A DNA stretch of 63,676 nucleotides, the filler included, from Choristocarpus tenellus KU-1152 (lineage: Eukaryota; Protista; Phaeophyceae), in the NCBI GenBank assembly GCA_964200185.2. It is 7 parts of 7 records of this genome, joined end to end, with 100 filler letters (N's around TTAATTAATTAA, not from the genome) between each part and the next. Parts side by side here need not be neighbours in the genome. Positions count along the whole stretch, not along the records: positions 37,669 to 42,007 come from CAXNAD020015037.1; positions 42,108 to 54,989 come from CAXNAD020001676.1; 5 more parts are not named here. One strand, written 5' to 3'. The position numbers were made by a program, and so were the translations under genes. Of the stretch, positions 40,601 to 53,469 are shown one piece after another (position 1 is the stretch's first letter; each line of letters opens with the position of its first letter). The notes beneath the pieces are model-generated. The model was given only the letters and a program-made list of their open reading frames with translations, was not told where the DNA came from and did no database searches.

Positions 40601-41867
40601 GGTTCATTGTTCTTTCCCTCTTGACTCTCTCATCAAGACCAGCTTTCGAATCCTACCTCCAAGCCCAGAGCCCTGCTCTGCGTCTTATCTCCTCTGTATA
40701 GTATTTTGACCCTTAAATACAGTATAATTCCCTTCCTCTGCAAATGGCAGTCATACCCCCCTCCATTCCCCTGGAACTTCTCCTCTTTCATGCTTCCCTC
40801 AATCTTTTTTTGACACAGGATAGCATCTTATGATATGGATGTGAGATGACAATTGCTATTTTTTGTGCACATTATTGTCTTATCAGGTGGTTCCTCAGGT
40901 CGCTATTGCCCCTGGATTCAGACATTCCGGTAGACATTGGCAGTGGTGCTGGGGGTGGGGGGGGGTGGTTGATGCAGTTAACATTGGAGTGCGTGGATAA
41001 CATGGCAAGGCAAACGGCAGGACGCCTGGTGGCACATGCTTGTGGCGCCTGTGCAAAGGACCAAGCTGAAGCTGCCCTTTTGACAGCTGTGGATCCCCAG
41101 TCAGCGAGGGCATTGCACAGGTTCAAGCTCCGCATATGCACATAACTATGGAGTGTTTGGTTGTATGGATGTTCTTATTCCGCATGCCCCCAAGTCTAGC
41201 ACCAACCCCCTCCTGTGTTTGCCAAGTGTAGTTATGTTGTAGGGTGGGGTGGGGTTTGCAGTGGGGTAGGTCAGGCGGTCATTGTCTGCTTCCCTGGATC
41301 CAGCCCTTGCACAATCACATGATGCCTTTGTTGGGTCATTGAGGGGAGTTGAGTCTTGGGGGAGCTCTTGTCATAATTGGTGGGTGCTTTCGTCTGTGAT
41401 CGTATGTCTTGGGTATCATCTTACGAAGCTAGGGTAGTGATTGTGTTTGTGACTGTGCTTGGATTTTTTTTTAGAGCACATATTTGTGTGATGCATCCTC
41501 TCCCACCCTTTGCTTCCTGGCATTTGCACTGTAGACCATCCATCCAACCATCCACCGCCTTTATCAGTTCAAGAAGTTGCTTCATCAAATGTTCCCTTTG
41601 TTTCACCACACCACTCCAATGTACGTGTTCGCAACAATGGTAACTCAATGCAGTGGCAGAGATTCAAAATCATTGGTGGCAAGGGTGCTAGCACACGTGA
41701 CAGAATTGGCCTCTGAGGCCCTCTCATACCCCCGTCATGCGGAGGAGCTGTTCTTACTGGTGCGGGACTTGGCGTGTTGTGATGAGGCTGTGAGAAGGCA
41801 TCTGCTGGCCTCAGAGCTGGCAGCAAGGCTCTCAAACTTTGTCATGAGGGATCGGTCCCCACCAGAA
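37669..41867 (+). CDS. Ubiquitin-specific protease (peptidase C19), USP9X/USP24/USP34-like, internal fragment
   Basis: Exons <37669-37756, 37901-37996, 38720-39192 (GC donor), 39585-39678, 40192-40343, 40887-41120, 41654-41867; phase-consistent from 37901 onward. The motifs WYRFDDEDVTPF...IETQCFGG and NALLLFYEKV close the USP catalytic domain, followed by a helical region (WLMQLTLEC...RQ). Confidence 0.88.
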
Positions 41868-42107
41868 GTGAGCAGTTTTTTCGTAGTTGGTGGGAGGTTG
41901 AGGGAAGGGGGGAGAGGGGGGGGGGGGGGGGGGGGGGGGGGGCAGGGCGGGGGGGGGTTTAGAAGGGGGGGGGGGGGGTGTGGGGGGGGGGGGGGGGGAT
42001 GTTCTCTNNNNNNNNNNNNNNNNNNNNNNNNNNNNNNNNNNNNNNNNNNNNTTAATTAATTAANNNNNNNNNNNNNNNNNNNNNNNNNNNNNNNNNNNNN
42101 NNNNNNN

Positions 42108-42165
42108 GTTATGCCCCAAATGGACACCCTCGCGTAGACCCCCCCCCCCCCAGATACTTTGGGTC
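42108..42165. mobile_element. MITE family 2-like end at contig start
   Basis: aaatggacaccct...ccccagatactttgggtc is the reverse complement of the family 2 left end. Confidence 0.7.
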
Positions 42166-42758
42166 CCAATGGTCCTAGAACGACCAGAGGCAACGATGGC
42201 ACTTGGTTGTCGCTAGCTGTAACTTGTTCCTATCCTCCTCTAGGTTGAGAGTTCATCCCATATCTTCGAAAGTCGAACCGGGATAGTCTATTGTGTCCTA
42301 AGCGAGAATAACTCAGGTCGTCTCTCTTGGAATGAAACATTGCTTCTTCAAGTTACAATCTCGAAAAGGGATAATGTTGACGGGGAGCCCTGTGGAACAT
42401 GATTGTTTCGTCCGCTTGGAGAAGTGTGGAAGGTGCACCTTTGTCTTGAAATGTGGTAAACTTCGGTTTTTGCTGATGATCCGAGAATAATGAGAGTTAT
42501 CTATGGTGCATTGGCTTACAATGCCATCAGTTGTTTCCTGTTGAGTGCAGCCTTTCTCTATTATGGTCTTGGAGCCTTCAAGTTGTTTCTTCGAAGGCTC
42601 ATTAGCTACATCATCGTCAAACGCTAGTTCATGGAACCCATCCATACCCTCGTCTTCTATTTCGTTAGATCCTCAAAGTTATCTAATTGCACAGTTACTC
42701 CTGTTTTTATCTTCCTCCGTTTGCTCTCTATGTGTCAACGGATTGCATTTTTGTCAAG

Positions 42759-45700
42759 TGCACCGTGGCCGTGGGGATGACAGTGGTGCTGAGTGCCCTG
42801 GGTCTACCCAGCACTCATGCAGAGCCGTTAAAGGTGAAGACTGCCTTAGCCTGGCTACCGATCAACATCCTCTTCTGCGCTATGCTTTTGACAAGCTTCA
42901 TGGCTCTCAAGTGGAATACTGTTCCCATGGTGAATAATCTGTTGTCTTTTGTCTTTCCTTGTGGACTTTGAAACACTGCTGGTTTTCCTAGAGAACTGGG
43001 TAAAATCGAAGGTTGTGGGATACAGTTTCAACTGTTGCCAGCCACCCCTCCCTTTGCCGGATCTAGTTCTTGTAATATTTGTTAGAAATTGTGATTGTCA
43101 GAAAAATGATTTGATTTTGGTGACAGGGATGGCACCGGTCCGTGATACGTAAATTGTACTGTACTGACGACTTCATACCTACTGAACTGTGTTACTTAGT
43201 GATTACCATGTGAAATGATTTCGACAATGAAATGGTTAGCCACGAATATGACGGTGTTTTGACAACTAGTATGGTACTGCGTCATGATGCTGTGGCTCAC
43301 AAATTTCCCTGTGGATGAAGAGTTCGCATTCTCTAGCAGCACAAGGAGTTAGCTTGTCTCTTATTACAAGCATACTATCCTTGCCAATATACTGTTAAGA
43401 GTTTAGGTTGGACTCCACACCACAAGGGCAATGTGGATCTCCTCTTTGGTCAGGCACTCTGCGTGCTTCATCATCCTCAGGGTAGGCTTCCACTCTATAC
43501 CACAAAAGAGAAGAAATTGGTCCATTTTTTAGGTTAACCATGTCATCCTAGCCAAGGTTTAAATCCCAACTAGATAAAGCGTTTTGGTTTATCTCTTGAT
43601 CCAAGCATGCTCTCCTTGACAAGGTTTTGCTCTCCTTACCTCAAACGGACTATGCTCGTCTCTTGGCTGGCATTATGAGACACCAGTCAGTCTCATTAAA
43701 TTTTGTGGAGGTCACTCACTAATTGTGCATGAAATATGTGGACAAAATGACACGTCATATCATCCACTATGTGCTCAGTCAAATGACTCCTCTTTATTGC
43801 CAACACAATTCTTGTCACTGGGAAATAAATATTCCCTCAACCTAACTGGAGCAATACTCTTCCTTCTCATTATGTCAATTGCCCTTCCCTCTTCTTTTCG
43901 ACCTCTCATGCTCACTCTCTGTCAGTTTCAAGTTTTTAAAACCCTGAGCATGGTGTGCATTACTATTATGGAACGGTTTCTCTGGGGCCGGCAAGTCAGC
44001 TCCTATTGCTGGGGTGCCCTTGCATTGATCGTCACTGGTGCAGCTGGGGCAACCCTGGTAAACGCCAGGGATGTTGGAATCAAGTGAGGAGCTGAACTGT
44101 TGTTGTTCTGATTTGCCTCTCATCCTCTGTGATATGAAAGCATTATGGAAGAATTTGACTTTGGTTTGGTGCAAGTTTCAAATTGGAGATAAATTTGGGA
44201 GGATAAATTGAACTCAAAACAGATCATATGTAATGTAGAGGGAAGGGGCCTCGTCTATGGTATATATTAGTATATAATCCATGTTGTAGAGACCAATATG
44301 ATGTGTAAATGTCACAAAAGCCTTCAACATATGCAGTGATTTCTGTAATTTTGAAGCATGTGACGATGCAACAAGCCTGGTAGTTGGTGCTAAGTCTGAT
44401 ACCTTCATCCAGGCAAAGGGATCTATATTTTGCAAGGTTGCTTGTCATAATTGGCCTAACCTTGTGTAAACGTTAATTTCTGTTTTCCTTGGCAGCAACG
44501 GGTGGGGACTTTTCTGGATGATCTCAAATGTGCTTTGCACAGTTAGCTACGTCCTCTACTTAAGATTTGCAACAACTTACATACGACTGTCCCGACTTGG
44601 GATGGTCAAGTACAACAACTTCCTCGGTGAGGGTGCTCTCTACCAATTTGCCAAACATAGAAAACACATGTAGATGGATGAGTTATCACAAGAGACGTTT
44701 GATGTGTGGGCTGGTGCAATATGATACAATTGGTGTATGCTCACCAGTCTAAACTTTAGCAATGCCCAGGTACAACAGGAAATTCTTTGGCACAAAAAAA
44801 CATTTGCCTTTTTAACAAAAGAACAGAATACTCTGCATTACTACTCCTTTCACATTTGTTCATATTTGGTATCCATTATTCAGGAAGACTTTTTTACATG
44901 GTTAAATTCTCGTGGTTCTTAGTGGACTTTTTGTAGCTTGTTCAAGGTGTACCATTTCCTTATTTCGATGCAGAGGATTCTATCGTAGTACTACCAGGCT
45001 GTGTAGTGAACACTTTCACTCCCCTTATCGCCTGCTTGACTTAAATGCACCCTCCAGGGGCCATTCTGCTGGTGCCTATGGTCCTGGGTAAGGGGGAGAT
45101 ACAGACCCTACTGGATAGTGATATGCTGAACTCATGGAAATATGCGAGTCTCAACGTTTTCGTCGGTGAGACACTTCTTATTGCTTAGAGTTAGTGTAGA
45201 TGTGATATGGGTATATCTTTGGATTGTGAACAGTATCTCTACCTCAATTTAAGGTATATACCCAGGCTTACTGTTACCTGACCCATTTAATTTCTTTGTT
45301 CTCTTATTCTGTGATTTTGAGAAAACAGGCATAGTTGGATTTGCGATTAACTTGGCAGCATTGTGGTGCATCGAGACCACATCTGCAACAACATACAGCA
45401 TCACTGGGAATCTCTCCAAGGTACGTCTTCACAATATGTGTGTGTGATTGTGGTATGCGTGAGGCAAGATATTAAAGTATTATATAATGATCAATAAATT
45501 TGTATTTTGTAGTATAGTGTATATCACCCTTGTATATCTTATTTTGCCAAGATATCTTATTGTATTCTTCTGGGAGTTTGTTTGTGAGGGTAGGGGGTAC
45601 TGAATTGATACCGGCTCTCTTTGCCATAATTTCTCTTCACACACTCTCTCCCTCTCTCTTAATATCATGTTGTTTTCTCTTCTGTTGTTGGTATGTTAGA

Positions 45701-46479
45701 TACCATCAGCTATCCTCGCGGTGTTCTTGTTCGGTACAAGCATCTCTCAAAAGAGTGGAATTTGCATTGCCATCAGCCTAACTGGTGGCTTGCTCTACAC
45801 TGTGGCAAGTAACCGGGTGAGTCAACCTCAAGGGATTGCACATAACACAATACATGCAGGGATCCTCTGTCGTGTGAGTGGGACTGAGGGTATGTGTCAA
45901 GTTTGTGATATATGTAATGCTGTCTAAGCCTCTTACGTGATAGTTATTCATGAAGGGGTGCACTCCTCAAAATAGTTACTTGCTGTGGTAAGAAGACGAT
46001 TGACTAATTGAAGATATGTTACTCCTGTTACTGTTTCCAATCCGATCTTCTTGTCCATATAATACATCAACAATGGAGGGTGATCCTGACATAGGAAAAT
46101 ATGTGCACAATAACTGCAGCATTAAAAAAAAGAAGCTCTGCAGCCGTTGTAAGGTCCAATAGATGTATGAAAGGGGTTTCAGGGCAATCTCTTTTCAGGT
46201 TTATGATATTTCGGCCCATGTGGTACTGGATCTCTGACCCCTCTCTGTTTTTACGACCTTCTTCATGAAAAATGTTGCGAGATTCCGAATATTTATCATC
46301 TGTGATCCTTTTTGCTATGTACTCTCCTTCCTGAGCAGCAGAAGACTTTAGCTCAAGAGAATGATTATAAAGACATGGAGGAGGGTAAACTGCATGAAAA
46401 AGTTGCAGAGGTGATGATACCTTTGAAGGAGGTGCAATCCAGTGACGATGAAGAGGATACAGATGCCCCGAGCTCTTGA
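42759..46479 (+). CDS. Golgi GDP-sugar (GDP-mannose-type) nucleotide-sugar transporter, Vrg4/GONST family; 5' exon(s) not resolved
   Basis: Exons 42759-42929, 43926-44083, 44496-44626, 45058-45165, 45329-45420, 45700-45816, 46339-46479 (TGA), all phase-consistent. Motifs: WLPINILFCAMLLTSFMALK, VPMFQVFK, GLFWMISN...YVLYLR, MVKYNN, WCIETTSATTYSITGNLSKIP. Confidence 0.9.
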
Positions 46480-49400
46480 TGATGATGGCAGTTCATGTTA
46501 TGTTTGTTCTTTTCTTTGATGTTTACTCTATGTGAGTTCTTGTTTCATTCGTTGCTTCAATCGCCCAAGAAAATCATCTTTACAGTGGAAGACCATTTCC
46601 ATTGCAGTCTTTTTGCCCATCTCATTTCAAGGTTTGGAGAAAGACAATTTTGAAAAACTTGGGAAGAACTGGTTTATTGAAAAACATTGTACATGGTTTT
46701 TAGTATCTTGATACTTACTGCTGTTTCTTTTTCCTTCCTATGCCTGTGTCTGATCATGGTACCATTTACAGTGATTTTCCATGTTTTCTGCTACCCTTAC
46801 AGGTCGGACAGTTTTTTTGTTTCATGGTGTAGTTCGATTGGAATGGGGAAAAAATACAATATTTTAGATATGCACCATATGTGCAGTAGGTGTGCTACTA
46901 TTGAAAATGCTTTGATGTGAGATGTTGTGTGGTTGTAGTAGTTGTTGTGCTGCCTACGGAGTAAAATTCTAGATGCAAAAAGTCATACTATATACAATTT
47001 TTTTGCACTGTTGCAGCAAAGTGTTGTGTGCGATTTAGACATCAGGTGCGTTGATTGCAGAGTGTCGACCATCAATGAGTCAATGATGGCGAACAAAAGT
47101 GCTCATACTTAGTGATAGGGTCGAGAAGGAAACAATTGATTGCCCTCATTTTGTTGAAAATAGTAAAAATTGGTTATGTGAGCATTTTCTCGGGAGGACT
47201 GACCCCTGCATTGTGTTCAAAAAGTTCTGCTAGCTCAATGCGTTTTTAGGCTCGGACTCTCACGTTGGGGATTGTAAGTGCTGAAAAACATTGTGAATTT
47301 CCATGTGAGATGGTGGCTATAGGGAAAAACATAATGGTAATGAATGCAAGTAGGAAAGGAGGAATGCAGTGGGAGAGAGCATTTGATGCGCACCCTGTGC
47401 AGTCTCCAATATTGGAGTAGGTGTGCAAAATATTCGCACTTGTGGGAAGGGAGTTGAAACAGTGATAGTCCTGTGTGCTGCCCTCCAATCTGCTATCTAC
47501 CAGTTGATGTAAATATATGTTGAAGGTTTTTGGAAATATTTCTTCAAAGAATATAGTGACATGGATCATGAATGAAGTCTGTTTTTTGTATGTACTGATG
47601 CAAGCTAATATTCCTGTCTACACATCTGTGTAGAATAGACGGCTACATCTGCTATCTATTCCAAGCACCTCATACATTGCATCATTGTTTAACCAATTGA
47701 CGCTGTATAATTGTGACTGAATTGGCAACTACTCAAGTGTCTCCAATGTTAGTCGGTGGAGTCTTGATAAAGTGGTAATTGGACATTTAGCAAATATAAG
47801 GGTGGATGTTCCCAGTGTGCGTGGTGAAGAGTAGTGATCACAATCACCTTGAATTGATTCGATCAAACTCAGAGAATATCAAACAATGCACCGCCAAAAT
47901 ATTAATGGTACCTCTGATGCTCTACACTCTACAACCAGGGAAATAAGTATAGAATTGGTGGAGGTCGGGGCCAACACATCGATTCCGCAGGAAGAGTTGA
48001 CAGTGGCAAAGCCGAAAACTGAGGGTATGGTACCCGGCAAAAATATTACTATCCAGTACTTCGTTATGCTCTACCACAAAGCTGTTAGTATCAGGATGGT
48101 AACTATAGATAACACGAAGAATGCAAAGCTTGCGAAATATACTGGATTTTCCTGCATATCAGAGCGTTATTCAACTATTTGATTAACAGCATATAATATC
48201 TATGGTGGAACAAGAGACTTTTTGAATTCAAGGATTTCTGTGTTGCTGGCAAGGAGGGTACTAGGCAGAATGTGGTTCATGCTGTCATGGTCGTGTGTGT
48301 GTGTAGATCCCTTGTGTTGCATTTAGAGGACTTTGGAGAGAAGATTGTGCTGCCTCACATTAAAAGTAGTATTATAAATCAAGTTTGTTGTTTACGGCTG
48401 AATGCGTGTATGTTCTGCGTTGACTCCATTGACGCATGGTCTTTGTTCTCATTCACTGGCAGTAGTATAACCCTAACCCTTTTAGTATAATTTGTAGTAT
48501 TTTAGTAGCATGAAGCAATTATAGTAGTTTTTATAGGACCTCTTCCAGGAGTACGTAGAATACAATAGAATAGCATTAGTGGTGGATTAAGCCCAAACGA
48601 CTTGCCGGGTGTGGCACCCACTATATCTACGTAGAGATACTTGGTGCCTCATGTCAACCCAAAATTTAGAGGACGAATCAGCCACACATAGTCTGAGAAA
48701 GTTCTCAAAATATGCTCAATTTCTTTATTTTTTAATCCAGATCAAATATTGGTATACCATTGATAAATTAAGGACAAAAAAATGACAGCAAAAATGTGTA
48801 TGATGGCAGGAACAGCAGCAATAAGCATGAAAAGATTTATAAAGGCAGGTTGAACTGTTAAAGAACAAACCAAGCGGATAGTAAGAAAGTAATACTGGAT
48901 GGAATTGAAGGGCGCTTCATTCTTTTGGGGAGGAACAAAGTCTACAATTTTCTGTCGCTCATGTAGTTCGTTTCTGGCAACGGAGATAGGGCAAAGAATG
49001 CGGTATGTAGCATAGCATCTCCGTGTGTACATACCTTGTGATTCATTTGTGTGAACCTTGAAAAGAAAAAATGTGCCTGTCTGCCAATATTATGATTAAG
49101 GTTGTGTGTAAGTGTGTTCATTGCCTCCCAGCTCTTCTTCCTGCACATGATTTTGCTCGTACTTACTGCTTATAGCACCAGTAGTGGTAGTACGCTTAAT
49201 GATTAAATCAAGAAGAACAACGGTCACAAGCAGATTTTGAAAGAATGCCAATGGTCCTCAACAACTCGCGATGATGATGCTCTTTCTTGTTACTTACTGC
49301 TGTTAGTGCTACTGGACATAATTGATGTTATTCATTTGATTTTATTGTGTAGTAGGTGGTGAATGGCAGGCGAAACAATATCCACAAAACAAAAAAACAG

Positions 49401-51428
49401 GATTTTTGTCGAATAGAGTATGTAACATGCACTGTGTTGTGTTTGGCATACATATATAATTGCCGGAAAGCACCAAAATACGGAGAACAGTTAAAGTAAT
49501 TTTTAATCATACAGAAACGCATGGAAGGATGGATGCACACACAGTTACATGGAAAACAGTTCAACTAATGTTTAATTGTCCAAAAACAAGTGGAAGGATA
49601 GATGCACACACAATTCCGATGTATGGGTAGGGGGGAGGGTGTACAGATATGGTGGGTGTACCAGAAATGAATGGGGAATACAAGAGGGACAACATACCTC
49701 AAGGGACTCTGCCACAAGGCCTGGCGACGCTTTCCAGTTGCTTTTTCTACCCACTTGTAAAAAAGGAGGGAGTCAGTACAAAATGCGATTGACTGCACCA
49801 TGAAAATCGAAGTGAACCAAATATAGTCGCATTGCGTACGCACATCAAGGAGAAAAAGTCCGGAGGGAGGAGTCTACAATGAATGCATGAATGGTCTAAG
49901 GAAGAGTACAAAACATCAAGAATCAGGGAAATCCTATATCACACATTTGTTCGGTCCTCGGTAGTAGTAGTGGCAGTCGAACCCAATTGAGCTGAAAGGA
50001 TAGGATTTTCCTTGTACTTGGGTTAGTGAGTCTCCGTGATGGCTGCTTCCAAAATGTTGGGTAGCACCAGCTTCTTGAGTTTATCTCAAGTTGCAACCAC
50101 CCTTTGCTCCACTCACAATTTGTGCTGAGATTGACTCCCTGCGTGGATTAATGTTTCTTCTTTTTTTGCTACATCTTCGAATTACAGGCCTTAGCATTCT
50201 TCATACTCTGTTCAGGTGTGGATTTTTTTTCCGGTAGAAAAATGCTTGATGTTGGTAAACCCCAGGGTTTCAAGTGCATCTATCTCAGAGTCTGAGGGCA
50301 TAGGTGAGGACCCCGTTTTCCGGAGGAAAGGGCCCCAGCTACAATCTAATTGATTTTAGTGAACCTAGGGTTTCAAGTGCATCTATCTCAGGGCTTATGG
50401 GCTTAGACAACTGATCACAACTACTATCCTAGTTGACCACAAGTGGTGCTGCCATGATGATGAATCTGGTCAACCATTAAGGAGCGGTCATCCACGAGGA
50501 GGAGGGCATTGCCCTTGCAAACCACATCAACACGTTTCTTCCTATGTCCCAAAACACTATGTGCAACATCACCCCCACCACTTCCACCATCCACACCTAC
50601 CATCTTCCTCATTGCCATCAGTATTCCTATTGTTTTGATTCCTCAATATCTCATACTCAGAATCCTCCTGTGATTCCAAGCTGATATCCTTATCACTGTC
50701 AGCAAAAGCGTCTTCCTTCTACAAGGTGCTATATTGTTGAGGTTGAAGTTTTACGGAGTCGTTGCTCTGGAGTTTACGTTATTACCCCTCCTTAACCGCC
50801 TACGCAACTGGACGCTGAGTGTGATCTCAGGGGGATATTAATACACCATCGTACATTTGAGGTAAAGATAAGATACTACTATTAATTAGTAGCATGTTCG
50901 CACGAGTTGGGTTCGGTTATGTGGGAGGAGGAAAGACTTCAACTTAGAAATAATAGGTAATTATATAGATATATATTTTAACTCCTGCCTGTTCCTAATA
51001 TCTACACAGACTAATTATATAATATTTTGATTAGTCATTGCAATTACTGTTAATATTCGCATTAGTCTGAGAGGTTACAGACATATGGTCGAAAGGGGAT
51101 AGATTGAAAGCAAATATACGCGCTAACAACGCAAATAATATCCCTTCCCAAGCATTGGGTGCTACTATAGTGCATTACACCTTGGTTTCTGTTCATCACC
51201 TTTTCCATAGCTACATAGGGTAAAACATGTCTGGTGTTTGCCTTGACAAGGATACAAGGAGATTTTGCTGGGTCTTGTCTGTTAGGAACTCCTTCCCCAA
51301 TACACATATTTGGAACTAATATATGTATATACGTACTACTGACTGCATGCTATGCTTCTAACCTAGCTTAACCTACAAAGGTGAACGAGGAGCTTGGGAC
51401 GCATGCCAAGAATCTGACGGATCCCTTC

Positions 51429-51733
51429 TGTTACAGGCGATATGTCTTGATGGCGGTTTCATAAACGCCATTATGACATTGAAGTTCTAGATTTGATATA
51501 TTTGTACTCCTTGATTATTTATTTATTATTTGGTCATATGGTCCCCGATTGTGATAAGACATCGTGGATCAGTTCCTTTTATATGATGATATTGATGTTA
51601 ATTCAAGTGAGAGATCCAGCATACCTGACTACTTGTGCATCAGGAGTCCTATGCCTACATCAGTATCATCTATATGTCCGTAGATTGGAGCTATACATCC
51701 TGTGGAGGTAAGCTTTGAGGGGCGCCTGTAACA
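51429..51733 (+). mobile_element. 305-bp TGT...ACA element (second copy)
   Basis: Near-identical to 30089-30395; flanks cttc/cctc. Confidence 0.88.
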
Positions 51734-52635
51734 CCTCTTCAGTCACATTTTTCCTGTTCTCTTTCTCCCGTTCAGTTTTTCACCAAAGAACAAAAAACCA
51801 AACAGCAAAACAAAACGTGCGTATAGGAGATGGTCTCACTTACTCCAACAATAGGTCCTTTTTTTCATCCCTGATTGTTAGGATGAAGAAAGACAGGGCT
51901 AGGATAATAGACGCGACAAGAGACAGCTCCTCGTGACGGTTCGAAGTGCACCACCCAGAAACACAAATCCTTGGCCTAACGGTGTGGGAGAGCAACAGCA
52001 CGGTCATGCCCCACGACCCGATCACTTCGCACAATTCCGCCGAGAGTACACACTCCTTGGACCCTAACATCAATAAAGAGTTTGCCACCCGGATGCACTG
52101 TGTCAGCAACACGCTCAGAGGTACTCTGTTCAAGCCACCATCAACCGAAAGTGCTATACTTCCTGCCTTGCAACCTACCCCTTCACCCTGACTCATCGTG
52201 TACACTCTCTCCTCGAAATACAACAAAAGCATATACGCGACACATATATTTCTCCCCCATATGCGTTCACAGGGTACAGATTGGGACCAACGACGGTGAT
52301 TACTCAAACTTCAAATAGAGGTTTGAGATGGAGGCAATGTCTGGATCGATGCCCTACCTGTCCACATTCGTGAAGTGGAGACCCTTCTAGACCACCAAGG
52401 CCACTCAAAGTAGCATGAAGAAACACAACAATTTCATAATAATGTTCCAACAGAACTACAACATAGGAGCATGCAAACGCTCAACACGTTCCATAGTACC
52501 ATCAACTCAAGAGCCATATATGTATACCGATTTTACCTCTCGCCCATCATAAAAAACAAGCGGGATCTCTGTGCCTTATCTCTTGCGCATCATGCCCGAC
52601 ATGCGTTTGTGCTCACCAGATGACCAGCGACCTAT

Positions 52636-52840
52636 GGGTCAAAGTATCTGGGGGGGGGGGTGGTTTGTGAGGGGGCGTCCGTTTTGGTTCGGATGAAATG
52701 CTCAAAAATCATTGCAATTGCTGTCTTCTGTCGTGAAACGTCCGCGACCGAAGACAGCAATTGCTATGTTTTTTGAGAAATTCGTCCGGCCAGAAATGGA
52801 CGAATTATGACCAACCACCACCCCCACTATACTTTGACCC
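52636..52840. mobile_element. Foldback MITE (family 3), almost entirely palindromic
   Basis: TIRs gggtcaaagtat / atactttgaccc; internal arms gcaattgctgtcttctgtcg and cgaccgaagacagcaattgc around a short loop near 52735-52742. Confidence 0.82.
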
Positions 52841-53469
52841 ACTGACCGTCCTAATATGATGTATTTTGTGCTAAAATGCATTCAGGATCTACGCTTGGTG
52901 CTTGAGAGGGTGTAGACTACGTTTTTATGGCTCAGAGAAGTTGTCGTTGGATTCAAAGACTGGAGTGTGGGTGGTTGCCGCCGCTTGGTTTGAGTGTGAA
53001 AGACATGTCATATGATGTGGAAATCTCAACTTGTGCTGAGGATGGTGGTGTGGAGTACAAGATGCTTGTGCAATAACGTATTTGTGGTAAGGTTTCTGTT
53101 AATTGCTCTGTGGTCCGAACAGCTCAAAGGGGGGAGGAAAAAGGATTGGGGCATGGCAGTAAAAGTATTATAGAGGATGGTGGCAGATCGCACCAGTAAT
53201 GGAGACGAAATTTTGGTTGCCACCGGGCCAATAAAAAAATGTGCATGAGGACACATGAACACAAACTCTTTGGGAAGACAATGAATTCAATATACCAAAT
53301 GAATAAGTCCGTCGATTTAGAGAACGTCCGATCTCTCCATCATAACATGTCTGTAGAGGCATGTGTCGGACTGGCGAAGTAGAATGGGTGACTCACGAAC
53401 AGAAATTGGCCTATGTTCCTCCTCAGAGCTGTGAATGTCGTCAGTATGGTGTCAGTGTGGGACTTCTGC

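Noticed and set aside
42313-42758. Candidate first exons of the sugar transporter (MRVIYGALAYNAISCFL...)
   Set aside because: Could not be spliced in phase without a stop; left unresolved.
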